Assembly: GCA_964430625.1 (NCBI GenBank)
Contig: CAYSFR010000003.1
Span: 329,266 to 393,265, forward strand
Direction of reading: 5' to 3'
Source: an uncultured Solibacteraceae bacterium
GTDB lineage: Bacteria > Acidobacteriota > Terriglobia > Bryobacterales > Bryobacteraceae
Length of the DNA: 64,000 nt
A program made the position numbers and the translations under genes. Position 1 is the stretch's first letter. Every line of letters begins with the position of its first letter. The notes beneath the pieces were generated by a model. The model did not search any database, was not told the origin of the DNA, and was given only the letters and a program-made list of their open reading frames with translations. This document shows, piece after piece, positions 33,985-42,376 of the stretch.

Positions 33985-36519
33985 ATGAGAATGGCTCAAA
34001 GCGGGAACGTGGCAGCGCAGCAGGCCGAGGTTGCCGGCAAGGAACCGATCTGGAACCAAGAGGAGTTGCGGCGACTCATCGAGTGCACCGGCGATGCCAG
34101 TTTTGTTCTGGAGGCGAGCGGAAGGGCAATTTCTGTCCATTGGGGAACATTGGGATACGGAAGGCTCCCGGCGGATGGGCTTGCTGAGAACGACTATCGC
34201 CGTCATATCGTCCATCCGGATGATCTGGAGGCTCACCGGGAAACGATGGCGCGATGCCTGGCAGCGGGTGCCGCTTTTGCCCTCGAAGAACGCATGCGCG
34301 ACCGGGATGGGAAGTACCGGTGGTTTTTGATCCGCTACCGGCCCTTTCCGGACGAACAAGGGGCTCCGCATCGATGGTATGTCAGTGCGGTCGATATCGA
34401 CGGGCGAAGGCAGACCGAAGCGCTGCGGAGCGCGGAAAAGCAGGCGCTGGAGATGGTGGCGGATGGATCGACGCTGGAAGCGGTGCTGGATCATCTTTGC
34501 GGGGCGATTGATGCGCAGATTGCACCGTCGGTGGCAACGATCCTTTTGATGGATGCCGATGGGAAGAAGTTGTGGCCGACGGCCGGTCCGCTGGTCCGGC
34601 CCGAGTGGCGCCGCGCAATTTCCCCCTTGCCGGTGAGCGAGGAGGTGGGGCTGTGCGGGACGGCGGCATACCGAAAGGAGCGGGTGGTGGTGGCGAACAT
34701 CGCCACCGAGCCGACGTTCCGGGAAGAGTATCGCCAAGCGGCGCTGCGGAACGGGATTCTGGCGGCGTGGTCCGAGCCGATCCTGACGAAGGCGGGCGAT
34801 GTATTGGGGACGTTCGCGATCTACTCAAGCGATTCGCGTGTGCCGGGCGCATCCGACCTGGCGTTGATTGAAGACGCCGGACGCATTGCGCGAATCGCGA
34901 TTGAACGGCAGCGGGCTCACGCCGCGCTGGCGATGGCGCAAAGCGAACTGGAATCGGAACGGGACCGTCTACGCCTCCTGCTGGAGGTTCAAGGTTCGCT
35001 GGTTTCGAATCTGGATTTGCGAGGGTTGCTGATGGGATTGGCGGGGGGGCTGCGCAGGGTTACCGAGTGCGATTTCATCGGGCTCTCGGTTCCCGGCGAA
35101 TCGGAGAAGTTCCTTCGTCAGCACTTTGCTCACTACTTCGGGGATCCAGGGAACATCCGGGAGGGGATGGCTGTGCCGATCCATGGATCGGCATCGGGGA
35201 AGGCGTTTCGGACAAGGGCGCTGGTGTGCCTGGACGACCCCGACGCCAACCGGCCTGACCCGGCGATCTACGGCAGCCCCGAGGGGGCCGAGTTCTACCG
35301 GTTTCTGCTGAGCGAGGGTGTGCCCGCGGGCTATTTTCTTCCGCTCTGCCGCGGGGAGACCGTGATTGGGGTGCTGCAATTGACGAAGTACGCCGGAAAG
35401 GCCCTGAAACCGCAGGCGGCGCAGTTCCTTACGGGGCTGGCGAGCCAGCTCTCGACGGCGGTCTCCAATGCGCTGGAGCATGAGTCGGTGGTGGCTTCCC
35501 GGGAGCAGTTGGCACGGGAACAGGTCTATCTGCGAGAGGAGATCGTCCGATCGTCGATGTTCGAGGAGATCGTCGGCTCCTCGCAGGCGCTGCGGCGAAT
35601 TCTCGATCAAGTATCGCGGGTAGCACCCACCGACTCTACGGTACTCATTCAAGGGGAGACGGGAACCGGGAAGGAGTTACTGGCGCGAGCGATCCATAGC
35701 CGGTCGCGGCGGGCGAGCCGTCCTTTTGTGCGGATGAATTGCGCGGCCATACCGCCGGCGCTGATCGCCTCCGAGCTGTTCGGGCACGAAAAGGGCGCCT
35801 TTACCGGGGCGCTGCAGCGGCGGGTTGGCCGGTTCGAGTCCGCCGATGGCGGGACGATATTTCTTGACGAGGTCGGCGAGATTCCGCAGGAAACGCAGAT
35901 TGCCTTGCTGCGGGTGCTTCAGGAACGGGAGTTTGAGCGGGTAGGGGGATGCCAGACGATCCGGGTCGATGTGCGTGTGCTGGCGGCGACGAATCGAGAC
36001 CTGCAGCGCGCGGTGGAGGCAGGGCAGTTCCGGCGGGATCTTTTTTACCGGCTGAATGTGTTTCCCCTGGCTGTGCCGCCGCTCCGTGACCGGGGCGACG
36101 ACATTCCCTTGTTGGTGGAGTATCTGGTTGACCGGTATGCGAAACAGATGGGGAAGCAGATTGGAAGCATCAGCCGTCGGACCTTAGAGGCGTTCCAAGG
36201 CTATGACTGGCCCGGCAATATCCGGGAGTTGCAGAACGTGATTGAGCGGGCGGTGATCCTGTGCGACGGACCGACGTTTTCGGTGGATCCGACGTGGTTG
36301 GGGGCCGGGCGGAAGCCGGGGACACCGGGAGGCGAACGGACCGATCCGTTTGACGAGCAGGAGCGTTTGCTGATCGAAACGGCACTCCGGGAGGCGGATG
36401 GCAGGATTTCCGGGCCGGCGGGCGCCGCCACCAAGCTTGGTATTCCGAGGCAGACGCTGGAATCGAAGATGAAAAAGCTCGGCATCGACCGGTATCCATT
36501 CAAGCGACCTGTGCTGTAG
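33985..36519 (+). CDS. Sigma-54-dependent transcriptional activator (bEBP): PAS - GAF - GAF - AAA+ - Fis-type HTH, no receiver domain
   Basis: 844 aa. Walker A VLIQGETGTGKELLARAIH. GAFTGA loop (EKGAFTGA). GGTIFLDEVGEIP. C-terminal AATKLGIPRQTLESKMKKLGI. Confidence 0.9.
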   Translation: MRMAQSGNVAAQQAEVAGKEPIWNQEELRRLIECTGDASFVLEASGRAISVHWGTLGYGRLPADGLAENDYRRHIVHPDDLEAHRETMARCLAAGAAFALEERMRDRDGKYRWFLIRYRPFPDEQGAPHRWYVSAVDIDGRRQTEALRSAEKQALEMVADGSTLEAVLDHLCGAIDAQIAPSVATILLMDADGKKLWPTAGPLVRPEWRRAISPLPVSEEVGLCGTAAYRKERVVVANIATEPTFREEYRQAALRNGILAAWSEPILTKAGDVLGTFAIYSSDSRVPGASDLALIEDAGRIARIAIERQRAHAALAMAQSELESERDRLRLLLEVQGSLVSNLDLRGLLMGLAGGLRRVTECDFIGLSVPGESEKFLRQHFAHYFGDPGNIREGMAVPIHGSASGKAFRTRALVCLDDPDANRPDPAIYGSPEGAEFYRFLLSEGVPAGYFLPLCRGETVIGVLQLTKYAGKALKPQAAQFLTGLASQLSTAVSNALEHESVVASREQLAREQVYLREEIVRSSMFEEIVGSSQALRRILDQVSRVAPTDSTVLIQGETGTGKELLARAIHSRSRRASRPFVRMNCAAIPPALIASELFGHEKGAFTGALQRRVGRFESADGGTIFLDEVGEIPQETQIALLRVLQEREFERVGGCQTIRVDVRVLAATNRDLQRAVEAGQFRRDLFYRLNVFPLAVPPLRDRGDDIPLLVEYLVDRYAKQMGKQIGSISRRTLEAFQGYDWPGNIRELQNVIERAVILCDGPTFSVDPTWLGAGRKPGTPGGERTDPFDEQERLLIETALREADGRISGPAGAATKLGIPRQTLESKMKKLGIDRYPFKRPVL

Positions 36520-36527
36520 CGGGGACC

Positions 36528-36548
36528 GGCCGCGGAGGAACCGTGGCC
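36528..36548 (+). terminator. Short hairpin directly after the bEBP stop. It is a weak terminator candidate with no U-tract.
   Basis: GGCCGCGG-aggaa-CCGTGGCC: 8 bp including one G-U pair, with a 5-nt loop. Confidence 0.25.
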
Positions 36549-36555
36549 GACAGCA

Positions 36556-36573
36556 TTGCCGAAATCTCGGCAA
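36556..36573. promoter_or_regulatory. Perfect inverted repeat TTGCCGA-N4-TCGGCAA, a candidate upstream activator sequence
   Basis: 7-bp arms with a 4-nt spacer, about 72 nt upstream of the -24 element. It shares the TTGCC/GGCAA half-site with the palindrome at 36599-36608. Confidence 0.35.
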
Positions 36574-36598
36574 ATGCTGAATTCATTTCCTGTCCGCT

Positions 36599-36608
36599 GG
36601 CAATTGCC
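36599..36608. promoter_or_regulatory. 10-bp perfect palindrome GGCAATTGCC, a candidate regulator-binding site
   Basis: It lies between the bEBP gene and the -24/-12 promoter and has the same half-site as 36556-36573. Confidence 0.3.
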
Positions 36609-36634
36609 GGCGCATGAAATCAACGGTTTGCGAT

Positions 36635-36650
36635 TGGCACGCGGTGTGCA
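36635..36650 (+). promoter_or_regulatory. Sigma-54 (-24/-12) promoter
   Basis: TGGCACgcggtgTGCA versus the consensus TGGCACG-N4-TTGCA. GG at 36636-37 and GC at 36648-49 have the canonical 12-nt register. It lies 37 nt upstream of the ATG at 36687 and next to a bEBP gene. Confidence 0.6.
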
Positions 36651-36686
36651 TATAGAAATTGCGCCGTCCGTGCGTGCCTGTCGGAT

Positions 36687-36980
36687 ATGACTTTGATGAT
36701 TGAGAGCAGTTTCGGTGAGAGTGGCCGGACGGTGCGGCTGACCGGGGACCTGAGAGGGGAAAACCTGCCGGACCTATTGGCGGTAATCGCCGAGCCGGGG
36801 GGCGCCGTACTGCTCGACCTGGCGGAGGTCCGGTTGGTGGATATTGCGTCGATTCAGTTTCTGGCGGATTGCCGGAAGCGCGGGGTGCCGTTGCTCCATT
36901 GTTCTTCCTACATCGAAAGCTGGATTGCAGGAGAGGAGAGGCATCTCGGAGGCGGAAACGATCGAGAACCGGGGACTTGA
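36687..36980 (+). CDS. Small STAS-like (anti-sigma-antagonist-fold) protein
   Basis: 97 aa. The pattern RTVRLTGDLRGENLPDLLAVI...VLLDLAEVRLVDIASIQFLADCRKRG resembles STAS/SpoIIAA-type domains. No conserved phospho-Ser was identified by eye. Confidence 0.45.
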   Translation: MTLMIESSFGESGRTVRLTGDLRGENLPDLLAVIAEPGGAVLLDLAEVRLVDIASIQFLADCRKRGVPLLHCSSYIESWIAGEERHLGGGNDREPGT

Positions 36981-36987
36981 GGAAAGC

Positions 36988-37812
36988 ATGCCAACGATTA
37001 CAACCAAAGACGGAGTCCAGATCTACTACAAGGACTGGGGGACGGGGCAGCCGATTGTATTCAGTCATGGCTGGCCGTTGTCGGCCGACGACTGGGACGC
37101 GCAGATGCTGTACTTTCTGGGCGAGGGATTTCGGGTGATCGCCCACGACAGGCGCGGCCACGGACGTTCGGCACAGACCGCGGACGGGCACGACATGGAT
37201 CACTATGCGGACGATCTGGCGGCGCTGGTTGCGCATCTTGGGCTGGAGAACGCGATTCATGTCGGCCACTCGACCGGGGGAGGGGAGGTGGTGCGTTACG
37301 CGGCAAGACACGGTGAGCAGCGAGTGGCCAAAATTGCGATCATCGCGGCTGTGCCGCCCCTGATGGTGCGCACGGCGGGGAATCCTGAAGGGCTTCCGAA
37401 AGAGGTGTTTGACGGATTTCAGGCAGCGGTGGCCACCAACCGTGCTCAGTTCTACCACGAGGTGGCGGCGGGTCCCTTCTATGGGTACAACCGGCCGGGA
37501 GCGGTTGCGTCCGAGGGGGTGATCCTCAACTGGTGGCGGCAGGGAATGATGGGGGGCGCCAAGGCGCACTACGACGGGATTGTGGCGTTTTCGCAGACCG
37601 ATTTCAGTGACGATCTCCGAAAGATCACGGTGCCTGCGCTGGTGATGCATGGAGATGACGATCAAATTGTGCCCTATGCGGCTTCCGCTCCGCTGTCGGC
37701 AGCCCTGTTGAGAAACGGAATCCTGAAGACCTATCCGGGGTTTCCGCACGGCATGCCGACGACGGAGGCGGAGACGATCAATCGCGACCTTTTGGCGTTC
37801 ATTCGGGAGTAG
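36988..37812 (+). CDS. Alpha/beta hydrolase, non-haem haloperoxidase / perhydrolase (arylesterase) family
   Basis: MPTITTKDGVQIYYKDWGTGQPIVFSHGWPLSADDWDAQMLYF, HDRRGHGRS, nucleophile elbow GHSTGGGE, HGDDDQIVP. The maximal ORF (36844) extends spuriously upstream. Confidence 0.9.
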   Translation: MPTITTKDGVQIYYKDWGTGQPIVFSHGWPLSADDWDAQMLYFLGEGFRVIAHDRRGHGRSAQTADGHDMDHYADDLAALVAHLGLENAIHVGHSTGGGEVVRYAARHGEQRVAKIAIIAAVPPLMVRTAGNPEGLPKEVFDGFQAAVATNRAQFYHEVAAGPFYGYNRPGAVASEGVILNWWRQGMMGGAKAHYDGIVAFSQTDFSDDLRKITVPALVMHGDDDQIVPYAASAPLSAALLRNGILKTYPGFPHGMPTTEAETINRDLLAFIRE

Positions 37813-37891
37813 CCCGCGTGATGCGCACGAGCGAGTCCTTTGCGGCGAGGCCGGCTAACGGCCTGCGCCATTGACGACAAAGAGAGGGAGG

Positions 37892-38785
37892 ATGCTGATG
37901 CCGGCAAGAGAAATTCGTGTCGCGGAAGAGAAGATACCCGGGGGAGAAGGCGCCCTATTCATCCGCACGTGGCGGCCCGAAGGAGAGCCTCGAGCGGTGA
38001 TCGTGATTGTTCCCGGATTCAATTCTCACAGCGGCTACTACCTATGGGCGGGGCCGAAGTTTGCCGAGAATGGCTTTGCCACGTATGCGCTCGATCTCCG
38101 CGGGCGGGGACAATCCGAGGGTGAGCGGTACTTTGTGGAGACGGTGGAGGCGTACACAGCCGATGTCGGGACTCTAGTACAAACGGTAAGGCGGCGAGAG
38201 CCGAATTGTCCGGTGTTTCTGTTCGGGCATAGCGCCGGGGGAGTGATTTCGTGCATCTACACCTTGGAGCATCAGGCGGAGTTGAGCGGGCTGATTTGTG
38301 AGAGTTTTGCGTTTCGGGTATATGCTCCGGACTTTGTGCTCGCGGTGGTGAAAGGGATCAGCCGGATTGCCCCGCGGGTGCCAATTCTGAAACTTCCGAA
38401 CAAGGACTTCTCGCGGCTGAGCAGTGTGGTGGGCGAGATGGATTCCGATCCGTATGTCCGTGCCGAGGTCGAACCGGCGGTCACGGTCGCGGCCATGGCC
38501 CGGGCCAATGACCGGCTACTGGTGGAGTTTCCGCAAATCACGCTGCCCTTGCTTATCCTGCATGGCACTGCTGACAAGGTGACCAAACCGGGCGGGAGCC
38601 AGTTTTTCCATGAGACGGCGGGTGCCACCGACAAAACGCTTCGCCTGTACGAAGGCCACGCCCATGACCTTCTGAACGACACCGGCCGGGAGAGGGTGAT
38701 GGACGAAATCCTGGCGTGGCTGGGATCGAAGCTTGCGGAGAAGGAGCAGGCGACGAGCCTGCAGGAAAGGCCTGGGGAGGCGTGA
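37892..38785 (+). CDS. Alpha/beta hydrolase, lysophospholipase/monoacylglycerol-lipase-like
   Basis: GAGGGAGGA lies before the ATG at 37892. Motifs: VIVIVPGFNSHSGYY, LDLRGRGQSEG, GHSAGG elbow, LILHGTADKV. Confidence 0.8.
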   Translation: MLMPAREIRVAEEKIPGGEGALFIRTWRPEGEPRAVIVIVPGFNSHSGYYLWAGPKFAENGFATYALDLRGRGQSEGERYFVETVEAYTADVGTLVQTVRRREPNCPVFLFGHSAGGVISCIYTLEHQAELSGLICESFAFRVYAPDFVLAVVKGISRIAPRVPILKLPNKDFSRLSSVVGEMDSDPYVRAEVEPAVTVAAMARANDRLLVEFPQITLPLLILHGTADKVTKPGGSQFFHETAGATDKTLRLYEGHAHDLLNDTGRERVMDEILAWLGSKLAEKEQATSLQERPGEA

Positions 38786-39651
38786 TGCGTAGCGAAGAGA
38801 AGTTCGTCAGCGTTCCGGCAGCCGAAACCGCGGAGACTTTGCGGGTGGAAGTGGACGGGAGTCTGATTGGATACCGTACGATCGGTACCGGCTCGCCGGT
38901 GGTGTTGTTGACTCGTTTCCGCGGCACTCTGGATACGTGGGACCCGCTGTTTTTGGGGGAACTTTCCAGGCGCCATCAGGTGATTACGGTGGACTATCCC
39001 GGCATCGGTTACTCGGGGGGAGCGTTCCCGCAGGACCTTCGGGCGGTGGCGGCGTTTGTAGCTGCTTTCACGGCAAGAATCGGGATCCGCCGGTTCGCGG
39101 TGGCAGGATGGTCCTGGGGCGGACTTGTGGCACAGACTGTTCTGTTGGATTTCCCGGAAGTGGTTTCCCACGCGGTGCTCATTGGGACAGCGCCTCCGGG
39201 ACCGGGCCAAGCGGAGATCTACCAAGCCTGGCTGGCCTGCGCGCTCAAACCGGTGAACGATCTTGCCGATGAGGAGATCCTGTTCTTCGAGCCGCGTTCG
39301 CCGGCAAGCGTTCGTGCCGCCAAAAGCAGCCATGAACGAATCTATGCGCGGCCGTCGGTGGCCTCGAAGATCCCATCGACGGAAGCTGAATTCCAGAAGT
39401 ATTTTCAAATGGCCGGGGAGTTCAAAGCCGATGTCTCCGGACGGCGGGCGCAGCTTCAAGAGAGCCAAGTTCCGATCCTGATCCTATCGGGAGACAACGA
39501 TCCCAGTGTTCCGGCCACGAACTGGTATCCGCTGATTGGCCGAATCCCGCGGGCGCAGATCCTCGTTCTGCCGCAATCGGGACATGGCCCGCAGCATCAG
39601 TACCCGGAGCTTTCCGCGCGCTACATTGAGGCGTTCCTGGCGGAGTCCTGA
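38785..39651 (+). CDS. Alpha/beta hydrolase fold protein
   Basis: The ATG overlaps the upstream TGA (GTGATG). Motifs: GTGSPVVLLTRFRGTLDTWDP, and GWSWGG at the nucleophile-elbow position (Gly-Trp-Ser-Trp-Gly). SGHGPQHQYPE lies near the C-terminus. Confidence 0.75.
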   Translation: MRSEEKFVSVPAAETAETLRVEVDGSLIGYRTIGTGSPVVLLTRFRGTLDTWDPLFLGELSRRHQVITVDYPGIGYSGGAFPQDLRAVAAFVAAFTARIGIRRFAVAGWSWGGLVAQTVLLDFPEVVSHAVLIGTAPPGPGQAEIYQAWLACALKPVNDLADEEILFFEPRSPASVRAAKSSHERIYARPSVASKIPSTEAEFQKYFQMAGEFKADVSGRRAQLQESQVPILILSGDNDPSVPATNWYPLIGRIPRAQILVLPQSGHGPQHQYPELSARYIEAFLAES

Positions 39652-40184
39652 TGCGCCCATTCGTTCCGGTGCTAGAGGAGTTGCTGGCCGGTCACTCGGC
39701 TGCGCTTGGCGCCGATTTCGATGGTTACCGGGGCCACTGTTACCGGGTGTTGAACTTTTGTACGGAGCTTGCGCCGGAAGCGGGGAAGGCACTCGACCTG
39801 CTGGCGGTGGCAACCGCGTTTCACGACCTTGGAATCTGGACGCACAAGACGTTCGACTATCTGGAACCTTCCGTCCAAGGCGCGACGGCATACCTGCAGC
39901 GTATCGGGCGGGAAAGCTGGATTGAGGAAGTGAGCTTGATGATCCGCGAGCACCATCGAATCCGCCGAGTTCCGTCGGAGCCGGCGGGCCTGGCGGAAGT
40001 GTTCCGGCGGGCGGACTGGATTGATGTCTCCGCGGGTCTGGTTCCCCTTGGGCTGCCGCGGCCCCTCGTTCGGGAGGCATACAGCCGGTGGCCGAGCCGG
40101 GGTTTTCATCGCCGGCTAGTTCAACTTAGCTGGGAGCGCTTCCGGGCGCACCCGTTTTCGCCGCTTCCGATGATGCGACTTTGA
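39651..40184 (+). CDS. HD-domain (metal-dependent phosphohydrolase-like) protein
   Basis: The ATG overlaps the upstream TGA (TGATG). It has FHDLGIW (an H-D pair) and REHHR motifs. 177 aa. Confidence 0.6.
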   Translation: MRPFVPVLEELLAGHSAALGADFDGYRGHCYRVLNFCTELAPEAGKALDLLAVATAFHDLGIWTHKTFDYLEPSVQGATAYLQRIGRESWIEEVSLMIREHHRIRRVPSEPAGLAEVFRRADWIDVSAGLVPLGLPRPLVREAYSRWPSRGFHRRLVQLSWERFRAHPFSPLPMMRL

Positions 40185-40227
40185 GCGGGGATCGATTCCG
40201 GATTCCTTTGGCTGCCCGGATTTCGGA

Positions 40228-40578
40228 TCAGCAGTCGGCTGTAGCCTTTTGTTTCCAAAGTGCGCGTTCGGCCATGACGACGGTGACGTAGACGGCGCGG
40301 ATGCGGCGGCAGTTGGTGACGCCGTTCTGGCGGCACCAGATGGTGAAGTCGTCGCAGGAGAGAGGCACTTTGATGACAACGATGCCGGCACGGCGCAGTT
40401 CAGCAATTTGCTTTTCCGCGCTGGCCACCCATTCGGCATAGGTGTCGAAAAAGTTGTTCGGATCGGTTGCCGTAGAACGGAATCTGAGCCACTGCGGCTC
40501 GTTCTCATACCAGGTGACGCCAAGTGGGGGCGGGCCGTCGACTGGGAGCGGTTGGAGAAGATCCTCAGAGAACCGCAT
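40228..40578 (-). CDS. Hypothetical small protein
   Basis: 116 aa. The composition is non-degenerate, and it is co-directional with and 55 nt downstream of the SelA-like gene. No family recognised. Competing shadow ORFs cover the same DNA. Confidence 0.4.
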   Translation of the reverse strand: MRFSEDLLQPLPVDGPPPLGVTWYENEPQWLRFRSTATDPNNFFDTYAEWVASAEKQIAELRRAGIVVIKVPLSCDDFTIWCRQNGVTNCRRIRAVYVTVVMAERALWKQKATADC

Positions 40579-40633
40579 ACCTGTCCGATAGAGTACACCT
40601 GTAATTGGTGCGGCGCATCCCGGGGGGGGATGA

Positions 40634-42253
40634 TCAGTTTGCCAAGGGCGGTCCGCCGGGGATCAGGATCTTCCCGGGGCGGGAAGAGGTGGCGGTATGG
40701 CGGCGGGCGGTGAATTGCGCCGTCAGGTACTCACCCATATAGACGCGCCCGTTGATCACTTCGCCTTCCAGGGTCCCGGCAAAGGTATAGGGAATCAGGT
40801 CGCCCGGGGAGCGTTCGGTACTCTGCAGCTTGACCTGGTTGCCCTCGATGGTGCCGAAGGCCTCGCGGGTGGAGAACTCGCCGCGGTGGGTTCCCTCCAG
40901 TTTGTCTCCCGTCTGCTCCAGTGTCCACGCCTGTTCACTGGTGCTACTGAAGAACCGGATGGAGACGTCCCAGCGGCCTTGGAGGGATGCGGCCGGAGCG
41001 GGTGGTGGCGGCTTGGGTGATCTCTTCTCGCTTAACAGGTCAAACAGGCGGGCGGCGACGACTTCGGCGTCTCCGGGGCGCATCATCCACGCCGTGATTC
41101 CGATGGCCGTACGGCCGACGGGCGAGGCGGCCGCGTCCCGGGAGCGGTCCAAACCGCCTGCACCGAGGGCGATGCGCGGCTTGGTCCGGGCGGCGATTTC
41201 GGCGAGTTCCTCGCCGGAGATGGGAATGCGGCTTTGGTCCCAGCTGATTTGCAGGACGGGGCTCCGGTTGGAAAGCCCACGCGGTTCACGTACCTCGGTA
41301 GAGACCCCGTCGACGGATTTCACGCGACGGGCAATGGTATCGAGATAGCCGAGCCACTTCTTCCATTCTCCGGCGTGGTCGCGCTTCACCCAGGCCTCGA
41401 CGGCGGCGACCATCCCCATGGTCTCCTCCCGGCCGACCTTGTTGTCGCGGCCCGGGCCGTGGTGGGGCGAACTGGCCTGCCACGCCGATTGGAGGACATC
41501 CTTCCGGCCCAAGAGAAGCCCGGCACACTGCGGACCGCAGATCGCTTTGCCTCCCGAATAGGCCACTACGGAGGCTCCGCGGGTGAGATGGACGTTGGGT
41601 ATGGTGAGGATTTCGGCGGCGGCGTCCACCAGAATCGGAATGCCCTTCGGCTTGGCGATCCGGGCGACATTCTCCAGCGAGAGCGGGCCGCTTTCGGTGG
41701 CGCCGCCGGCGGTGAGGTAGACCATGGCGGTGCGGGGGCCGAGCGCCTTTTCCAGTTCCTCGATGGTCTCCACGGTCAGGATGCGGACGCCAATGTTGCG
41801 GATGGCGTGGTCGTAGACGGTGCGCGAGGAGCGGGGAATGACGACTTCGGTTTTGTCGAGTCCAGTCAAGTCCGGGATACGCAGCAGTTTCTCCGGGTTC
41901 CCACCGGCGACACAGGCTGCGGTGACATGTTTCAGGCCCGCGGCGCAGCCGGCCGATACCATTCCCCATTCGGCACCTGTCAATTCGGCCAGGCGCTGGC
42001 CGACGGCGTCGGCGAGTTCGTCGAGTTGCACGAAATGCAGCGCGGCGGCGTCCATGGCGGCCCGCACTTCCGGCAGTTCGACGGAGGCGCCGATGATGGT
42101 GAACGTTCCCCGGCAGTTGATGACGGGTTCCACCCCGATGGACTGATAGATTTCCGGTCCGGGGCGCAGGGGTCCTTTGGCGCTGGCCAGAGGCGCCGCG
42201 GCGCCCGCCAGTGCTCCCAGTTTGATCACGTCCCGCCGTTTCTGCTTCGCCAT
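40634..42253 (-). CDS. SelA-like / DgaE-like PLP-dependent enzyme with a Tat-type signal and a C-terminal beta-rich extension of about 140 aa
   Basis: MAKQKRRDVIKLGALAGAAAPLASA. Core: VINCRGTFTIIGASVELPEV...GMVSAGCAAGLKHV...ILVDAAAE...SGGKAICGPQCAGLL, with a candidate PLP Lys in SGGK. GGGAGG lies before the ATG at 42253. Confidence 0.65.
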   Translation of the reverse strand: MAKQKRRDVIKLGALAGAAAPLASAKGPLRPGPEIYQSIGVEPVINCRGTFTIIGASVELPEVRAAMDAAALHFVQLDELADAVGQRLAELTGAEWGMVSAGCAAGLKHVTAACVAGGNPEKLLRIPDLTGLDKTEVVIPRSSRTVYDHAIRNIGVRILTVETIEELEKALGPRTAMVYLTAGGATESGPLSLENVARIAKPKGIPILVDAAAEILTIPNVHLTRGASVVAYSGGKAICGPQCAGLLLGRKDVLQSAWQASSPHHGPGRDNKVGREETMGMVAAVEAWVKRDHAGEWKKWLGYLDTIARRVKSVDGVSTEVREPRGLSNRSPVLQISWDQSRIPISGEELAEIAARTKPRIALGAGGLDRSRDAAASPVGRTAIGITAWMMRPGDAEVVAARLFDLLSEKRSPKPPPPAPAASLQGRWDVSIRFFSSTSEQAWTLEQTGDKLEGTHRGEFSTREAFGTIEGNQVKLQSTERSPGDLIPYTFAGTLEGEVINGRVYMGEYLTAQFTARRHTATSSRPGKILIPGGPPLAN

Positions 42254-42376
42254 GTGGCCTCCCGTGGGTGATTCTACGCGATTTTGCGGGGGAGGGACAG
42301 GGCGTTGGGGCGGGTTTGGGTTTCCGGAAGCCCCCAGCGCCACTCCCGAGCCTGCGGTTCTGCGTCAGGCGGGTAG

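Noticed and set aside
36583-39468. 388-aa (36583..37749) and 398-aa (38272..39468) minus-strand ORFs over the hydrolase operon
   Set aside because: The + strand frames carry unmistakable alpha/beta-hydrolase motifs (GHSTGG, GHSAGG, GWSWGG). The antisense products have no recognisable features.
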